From contig JBHLNS010000008.1 of the NCBI GenBank assembly GCA_048941285.1, positions 30,009-94,008 of the forward strand: DNA of 64,000 nucleotides. The letters run 5' to 3'. How positions within the stretch are numbered: the first letter of the stretch is position 1; each line of letters begins with the position of its first letter. Positions 63,121 through 64,000 of this stretch are shown one piece after another. A program made the translations under genes and the position numbers. The DNA is from Promethearchaeota archaeon (GTDB lineage Archaea > Asgardarchaeota > Lokiarchaeia > Sigyniarchaeales > SOKP01). The notes under the pieces are model-generated. The model saw only the letters and a list, made by a program, of their open reading frames with translations, made no database searches and was not told the origin of the DNA.

Positions 63121-64000
63121 ATGCAAACAACAGTGAAATTTGAAGGTTATCCAGATATAGAAGATAACATTATAAATGATTCAATTAGCATCATAAAAAA
63201 AAATAAAGAGCATTGGGATCCTCCTTTTTTTTTCGATACTAAGACTTACCTAGATATTCCAAAGCTCCAAAAATTAATAGGTCATTACATTACTGATAAT
63301 CTTAAGAATATTATAATTTTAGGCACAGGGGGTTCAATTCAGACTTTACTTGCTTTAAAACATTTAGCGAAAAGAAAAATATTTCCAGTTACTAGTTCTA
63401 GAGCTGTAGAACTAAAAGGATGCTTGGATAAAACAACTCCAGAAGATTCAATCGTGATTCCTGTATCAAGAGGAGGAGAAACCTTAGATATTAATTCAAC
63501 TATTGGAACTTTTCTAAAAAGAGGGTATAAATTTATAGGATTATCTTCTATGGGGACAATGAATGAGATTTTAAAAAAAGTGAATTGCCTTATTCTAGAT
63601 GTACCTAATCTTTCTGGTCGCTATGCTGGATCTGTTACAAATGTAGGAATCGTTCCTGCTTATATGGCAGGTATAGATATTGAAAATTTTATAAAAGGTT
63701 TGGAAGATGCTTATAAAGTATTCTCAAAATATGAAAATCAACCAGCTATTAAACTTGCAACATTTTTATACAGATTATATAAGAAAAACTATAATGTAGT
63801 TTTTTCAATGCCCTACTCCAAGAATCTTGAGGGAAGTGTCGGGTTATGGGTACAAGGTATATCAGAAAGCACTGGAAAAGATGGGAAGGGTTTGATAGGA
63901 ACGTATCAACCGGCTCCTATTTGCCAACACTCTGTTTTAGAGTACCTTTTAGGAGGAACCAAAGGAATAGTGATTCCGATTCTATGGACAATGTTAAATG
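63121..64000 (+). CDS. pgi: Glucose-6-phosphate isomerase (SIS-domain PGI), 3' end outside the window
   Basis: My own translation runs open from the ATG at 63121 to the window end. ILGTGGS, PVSRGGETLD, SGRYAGSVTNVG, LWVQGISESTGKDGKGL, QHSVLEYLLGG match PGI signatures. Not in the ORF track because it lacks a stop. Confidence 0.8.
   Translation, partial: MQTTVKFEGYPDIEDNIINDSISIIKKNKEHWDPPFFFDTKTYLDIPKLQKLIGHYITDNLKNIIILGTGGSIQTLLALKHLAKRKIFPVTSSRAVELKGCLDKTTPEDSIVIPVSRGGETLDINSTIGTFLKRGYKFIGLSSMGTMNEILKKVNCLILDVPNLSGRYAGSVTNVGIVPAYMAGIDIENFIKGLEDAYKVFSKYENQPAIKLATFLYRLYKKNYNVVFSMPYSKNLEGSVGLWVQGISESTGKDGKGLIGTYQPAPICQHSVLEYLLGGTKGIVIPILWTMLN

Noticed and set aside
1-64000. All other short overlapping ORFs in the supplied track: 1997-2401, 3533-3721, 5351-5563, 10171-10380, 12103-12330, 13920-14144, 14622-14807, 15840-16067, 17393-17698, 19307-19588, 19778-20155, 21970-22152, 33470-33748, 34738-34920, 35373-35675, 39195-39476, 39931-40116, 41323-41547, 41690-41881, 44956-45174, 45248-45439, 46675-46896, 48579-48779, 48969-49154, 50756-51091, 51019-51228, 52224-52451, 53525-53812, 54539-54790, 54670-54858, 62295-62606
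   Set aside because: Each is nested in or overlaps a longer ORF that has recognisable motifs or coherent membrane or coiled-coil character. They have no motifs and show biased composition.
1-64000. Search for tRNA or rRNA genes, CRISPR arrays, transposases, integrases, terminal inverted repeats or prophage or defence islands
   Set aside because: No GC-rich structured islands, regularly spaced direct repeats or recognisable mobile-element or defence proteins were seen. The intergenic regions are short, AT-rich and promoter-like.

Overview
This is a strongly AT-rich archaeal chromosomal segment (roughly 70% A+T by eye, not computed), densely packed with genes on both strands. I support 58 protein-coding genes, one of them (pgi) truncated by the window edge, plus one gene remnant. 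I recognised no rRNA, tRNA, CRISPR array, transposase or integrase.

Housekeeping genes include folD, purH, guaB, thrC, radA, pgi, a P-type ATPase, an ABC transporter and a polyprenyl synthase. They are interleaved with proteins typical of Asgard (Lokiarchaeia-like) archaea:
- a divergent actin-fold protein
- two Rab/Ras-like small GTPases
- a DRG-family GTPase
- three proteins sharing a longin-like domain (motif SGF[LI]xAxxSF)
- a JAB/MPN+ metalloprotease next to a C2HC (UBZ4-like) zinc-finger protein and a PCI-like protein
- long coiled-coil proteins
- a 1559-aa surface protein with a cytoplasmic longin-like tail

The most interesting observations are:
- the actin-fold protein has two zinc ribbons inserted into its C-terminal half
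- the longin-like domain recurs in three contexts: next to the DRG GTPase, fused to an unknown domain, and on the cytoplasmic tail of the giant receptor-like protein
- a split and a fused version of a double winged-helix regulator have related palindromic motifs upstream of both loci
- the MPN+, C2HC zinc-finger, radical-SAM and PCI-like genes form a neighbourhood
- there is a truncated, stop-interrupted ICMT-family gene remnant
- ThrC carries a C-terminal wHTH fusion and RadA carries an N-terminal extension

All domain calls come from reading motifs in the translations. No database search was possible, so family assignments beyond the signature motifs are inference.
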